In this document: piece by piece, positions 43,513 through 46,105 of the stretch
Layout: each line of letters starts with the position of its first letter
How positions within the stretch are numbered: position 1 is the first letter of the stretch
Source of the DNA: an uncultured Pirellulales bacterium
GTDB taxonomy: Bacteria > Planctomycetota > Phycisphaerae > Sedimentisphaerales > Anaerobacaceae
Direction: 5' to 3'
Length of the DNA: 46,105 bases
Assembly (NCBI GenBank): GCA_964400665.1
Contig: CAYNVP010000001.1
Coordinates: 1 to 46,105, forward strand
The notes under the pieces: generated by a model
Databases searched by the model: none
What the model was told of the DNA's origin: nothing
Seen by the model: only the letters and a program-made list of their open reading frames with translations
Translations under genes and position numbers: made by a program

Positions 43513-45156
43513 CTACTTTGAGTTGCTCCAGTGGCTGTAACGATTCGTGATTGGCAGGCGCCTGTCCCTGCCGAACGCCTTGGGCGTGATTTTCACTCCC
43601 GGCGGCGACTGCCTTCTCTTGTATTCGTTGCGGTCAACCATACCAATGACCCTGTTGACGACTTCTTTTGGCAAACCCTCGTCGATAAGCTGTCGGGCGG
43701 ATTTGTCGTCCTCGACGTAGCCCTTGAGGATTTTGTCAAGCAGGTCATAATCCGGCAATGAATCGGTGTCCTTCTGATTTTGGCGAAGTTCAGCGGTTGG
43801 CACTCTGTTTATTACGCTTTCAGGAACAATCTCGCGTCCGTTTATGTCGTTAATGTAATGCGCAAGTTTGTAGACCATTGTCTTGAAGACATCCTTTATG
43901 ACGGCAAAGCCGCCCGCGGTATCGCCGTATAGCGTCGCGTAGCCGACGGCCGTCTCGCTTTTGTTGCCAGTGGTCAGCACAATGGCGTTCCACTGATTGG
44001 AAAGCGACATCAGGATAGTTCCCCTGATTCTGGCCTGAAGGTTTTCGTAGGCGATGCCTTTGCTGTCCCAGCCGGGCGCCTGCCCGAGCGAGTCATCGAA
44101 CTGCTCAAGCACCGCCCCGATGGGGATGGTCATAAACTCGATACCTAGGTTTCTGGCGCAACTTTCTGCGTCGCTGATTGTGTCGGGGCTGTTGAATTTC
44201 GAGGGCATTGTAATTCCTACGACGTTTTCGGGGCCAAGGGCCGCGACTGCTACAGCCGCGGTAACGGACGAATCTATACCGCCGCTTAGACCGACAAGCG
44301 CCTTGCTGAAGCCGTTTTTCTTCACGTAGTCCCTCGTGCCCAGCACAAGCGCACGGTACATCTCATCAAGCGTATCGAGATGGGTGACCGCTGATGTTCC
44401 TTGCGGCTCGATTTGAGCGGTGCCATTTTGCATTATCACGTCCGCTATAAGCAGGTCCTCTTCGAATCCTTTGGCCATAGCGACGATGTTCCCGGTTGCG
44501 TCGGCGAACATACTTCGGCCATCGAACACCAGCTCGTCCTGACCACCCACCAGATTGCAATAGCAGGCGGGGCATTTGAACTGCGCAGCACACTGGCTGA
44601 CTATCTCCTTTCTTGTCTCTATTTTCCCGAGATGAAACGGCGATGCGGAGATATTCAGAACCATATCAATTCGACCTGCGTTTTTGAGAAATCTCGCCAG
44701 CCAGTCGATGTCCCATATATCCATACATATTGTTACAACGAAGTTCATTCCATTTAGCGTGATAATCAGGGGCTTTTTGCCCGGCTCAAAATATCGCCTT
44801 TCGTCGAAGACGCCATAGTTGGGCAGCAAGCTCTTGCGATAAACTTCGGCCAATCGCCCACCCTTAAGGATACCGGCACAGTTATATGTCTTGCCGCGGA
44901 AACAATCCGCAAAGCCGACGATTATGGTCATATCAGGACAATCAGCCGCGAGTCTTTCAACGGTGATACGGTTGCCCTCCAGGAAGTGTTTTTTGAGCAG
45001 CAGGTCTTCCGGCGGATAGCCGCAGACCGCAAGCTCCGGAAACAAAAGCAATTCCACGCTTTTTTCCCTGGCCTGCCTGTAAATCTCTCGCATCCTCCCG
45101 GCATTGCCTTCGAGGTCTCCCACCACCGCATCAAATTGCCCTAAACCAATGCGCAT
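43513..45156 (-). CDS. nadE: Glutamine-dependent NAD+ synthetase (CN-hydrolase plus NAD synthetase domains)
   Basis: SGGIDSS PP-loop, and CN-hydrolase residues in FPELAVCGYP and ICMDIWD. The ATG at 45156 follows AGGGTGG. The ORF opens at the TTG at 45162. Confidence 0.9.
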   Translation of the reverse strand: MRIGLGQFDAVVGDLEGNAGRMREIYRQAREKSVELLLFPELAVCGYPPEDLLLKKHFLEGNRITVERLAADCPDMTIIVGFADCFRGKTYNCAGILKGGRLAEVYRKSLLPNYGVFDERRYFEPGKKPLIITLNGMNFVVTICMDIWDIDWLARFLKNAGRIDMVLNISASPFHLGKIETRKEIVSQCAAQFKCPACYCNLVGGQDELVFDGRSMFADATGNIVAMAKGFEEDLLIADVIMQNGTAQIEPQGTSAVTHLDTLDEMYRALVLGTRDYVKKNGFSKALVGLSGGIDSSVTAAVAVAALGPENVVGITMPSKFNSPDTISDAESCARNLGIEFMTIPIGAVLEQFDDSLGQAPGWDSKGIAYENLQARIRGTILMSLSNQWNAIVLTTGNKSETAVGYATLYGDTAGGFAVIKDVFKTMVYKLAHYINDINGREIVPESVINRVPTAELRQNQKDTDSLPDYDLLDKILKGYVEDDKSARQLIDEGLPKEVVNRVIGMVDRNEYKRRQSPPGVKITPKAFGRDRRLPITNRYSHWSNSK

Positions 45157-45183
45157 CTGCAACCACCCTAAAAGGACCTAAAA

Positions 45184-45657
45184 TCAAAGATATTGAGTCC
45201 TATGGGTGTGGTTCTCTATTTGTTCTCTTATAGAGTTTGAAGTAATGAAGATATTTACACAGCGTTGCCCAAACCCGCACAATCGTTCAAAAATAATATT
45301 TCCTTCTGGTGCGTCCCAGATATACTTTTTAGACAGAAATTGGTGTTCGTTATATTTGCCCATTTCTCTGATAATGTAATTAAGTGTAGATTTGAAAATA
45401 TCATCTAAATGTTTTTTGTCTACATCCATAATCTGCAAAGCAATTTTGTAAATTCTTCCATTAGTAGTGCCGAGTATCGTATACCACGAGTTACCATTCA
45501 GATAGGTTTCTTCGCCATGATATATTTTTTCATCTTTTAATTTTCTTTTATATCCGGTCATTTCGAACATTTGGTATTCTTCTGCAGTAAATTCCCTCAA
45601 GTCAGGTGCTTCTTTGACGGTTTGATTCAAAAAGTAACTTCCTATTTTAGTAATCAT
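45184..45657 (-). CDS. Hypothetical protein (157 aa), low GC, coupled to the GIY-YIG gene
   Basis: Uninterrupted ORF with an ATGA overlap with the upstream GIY-YIG gene. I recognised no motif. Confidence 0.45.
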   Translation of the reverse strand: MITKIGSYFLNQTVKEAPDLREFTAEEYQMFEMTGYKRKLKDEKIYHGEETYLNGNSWYTILGTTNGRIYKIALQIMDVDKKHLDDIFKSTLNYIIREMGKYNEHQFLSKKYIWDAPEGNIIFERLCGFGQRCVNIFITSNSIREQIENHTHRTQYL

Positions 45658-45914
45658 AAATTTACCTTGATTCGGCTAATTAATTCGCGTATCCTCCTGC
45701 GACCGGTTGTAGATTTATAGAATTTTTCCCTTCGTCGAGCTTCTTTCAAAGTTGGGTACGGTTCGACATAAATTATTTTGTACGGTCTGTATGGGCGACT
45801 TGCCGGAACGAGACCATCATTGTGTCTTTTAAGGCGTTCGTCCACATCAGCCGCAACGCCTGTATATGTTCTTGTCCTTGCTTTGCTCAGCAAAATATAA
45901 ACGCTATATGGCAT
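45654..45914 (-). CDS. Small stand-alone GIY-YIG nuclease-domain protein (UPF0213/YhbQ-like)
   Basis: YSVYILLS...TYTGVAADVDERLKRHN...EARRREKFYK matches the GIY-YIG core. Length is 86 aa. Confidence 0.7.
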   Translation of the reverse strand: MPYSVYILLSKARTRTYTGVAADVDERLKRHNDGLVPASRPYRPYKIIYVEPYPTLKEARRREKFYKSTTGRRRIRELISRIKVNL

Positions 45915-45993
45915 ATTTTACAAGAGATACGCCAGTTTATCCGTAGAGCAGTTTTTTTCTTACATGAAGGCGAAACGAATTTTTTAGCAACGG

Positions 45994-46052
45994 ACCTGCC
46001 TCGCCCGTCTCGCCAAGCTTTGCTTGGCGGACGAGGCGGGCGAGGTCTCGCC
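45994..46052. repeat. GC-rich palindromic intergenic element (REP-like), copy 2
   Basis: GGCGGACGAGGCGGGC (46026-46041) and GGCGAGGTCTCGCC (46039-46052) are exact reverse complements of 5361-5376 and 5380-5393. GCCTCGCCCG (45998-46007) is the reverse complement of 5405-5414. There is an internal hairpin GCCAAGC-TTT-GCTTGGC. Confidence 0.6.
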
Positions 46053-46087
46053 ATTTTTATCTCACTTGGAAGTGGGATAAAAATGGC
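46050..46087. other. Long A/T-rich hairpin (16-bp stem, 6-nt loop)
   Basis: GCCATTTTTATCTCAC (46050-46065), loop TTGGAA, then GTGGGATAAAAATGGC (46072-46087). There is one T-G wobble position and no U-tract after either arm. Confidence 0.5.
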
Positions 46088-46105
46088 GGAGAGGGCGGGA
46101 TTCAG

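Noticed and set aside
1-46105. CRISPR arrays, rRNA genes, integrases, transposases, phage structural genes and canonical defence genes (restriction-modification, Cas, abortive-infection ATPases).
   Set aside because: There are no regularly spaced direct repeats, no rRNA-like conserved stretches, and none of the ORF translations carries the corresponding motifs. The low-GC blocks therefore have no identifiable mobility machinery in this window.

Overview
This is a gene-dense 46.1 kb bacterial chromosomal window with about 42 protein genes and 2 clear pseudogenes. I saw no rRNA, CRISPR array, transposase or integrase by eye.

**1-9.7 kb, housekeeping genes:** topA, a GT-B glycosyltransferase, a small membrane protein, a stand-alone spermidine-synthase-type membrane module, prfB without the usual +1 frameshift, pepA, folE, and a double-length PTPS whose catalytic half looks eukaryote-like.

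**10.0-40.0 kb, a roughly 30 kb Wzx/Wzy-type surface-polysaccharide locus in three compositional blocks:**
- **10.08-13.9 kb:** a nucleotide-sugar module with an extended-SDR enzyme plus a WbpB/WbpD/WbpE-like oxidoreductase, N-acetyltransferase and aminotransferase.
- **13.9-27.6 kb:** a low-GC mosaic block. It holds wzx, a Wzy-like polymerase candidate, three glycosyltransferases, an ATP-grasp ligase, a CapK/PaaK-like adenylating enzyme and decayed paralogues. One paralogue has two in-frame stops and one CapK-like gene has lost its 3' half.
- **27.6-38.9 kb:** a tightly coupled operon. In order it encodes a membrane-anchored WD40 protein, a PglC-type phosphoglycosyl transferase, a PLP decarboxylase, a GNAT, a VOC/epimerase-like protein, an FkbH-like loader, a SAM methyltransferase, an ACP, a 3-hydroxyacyl-CoA dehydrogenase, a thiolase and a GNAT-ATP-grasp fusion.

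The third block is my best candidate for an undescribed ACP-dependent glycan-decoration pathway. A convergent WecA/MraY-family transferase closes the locus.

**40-46 kb:** a conserved hypothetical protein, a VanZ-like protein, a SagB-type nitroreductase fused to a Cys-less DJ-1/PfpI domain, nadE, and a low-GC GIY-YIG two-gene module. This module sits next to a GC-rich palindromic repeat that also occurs at 5.36 kb.

All functional calls rest on motifs I recognised in the translations. No database search was possible.
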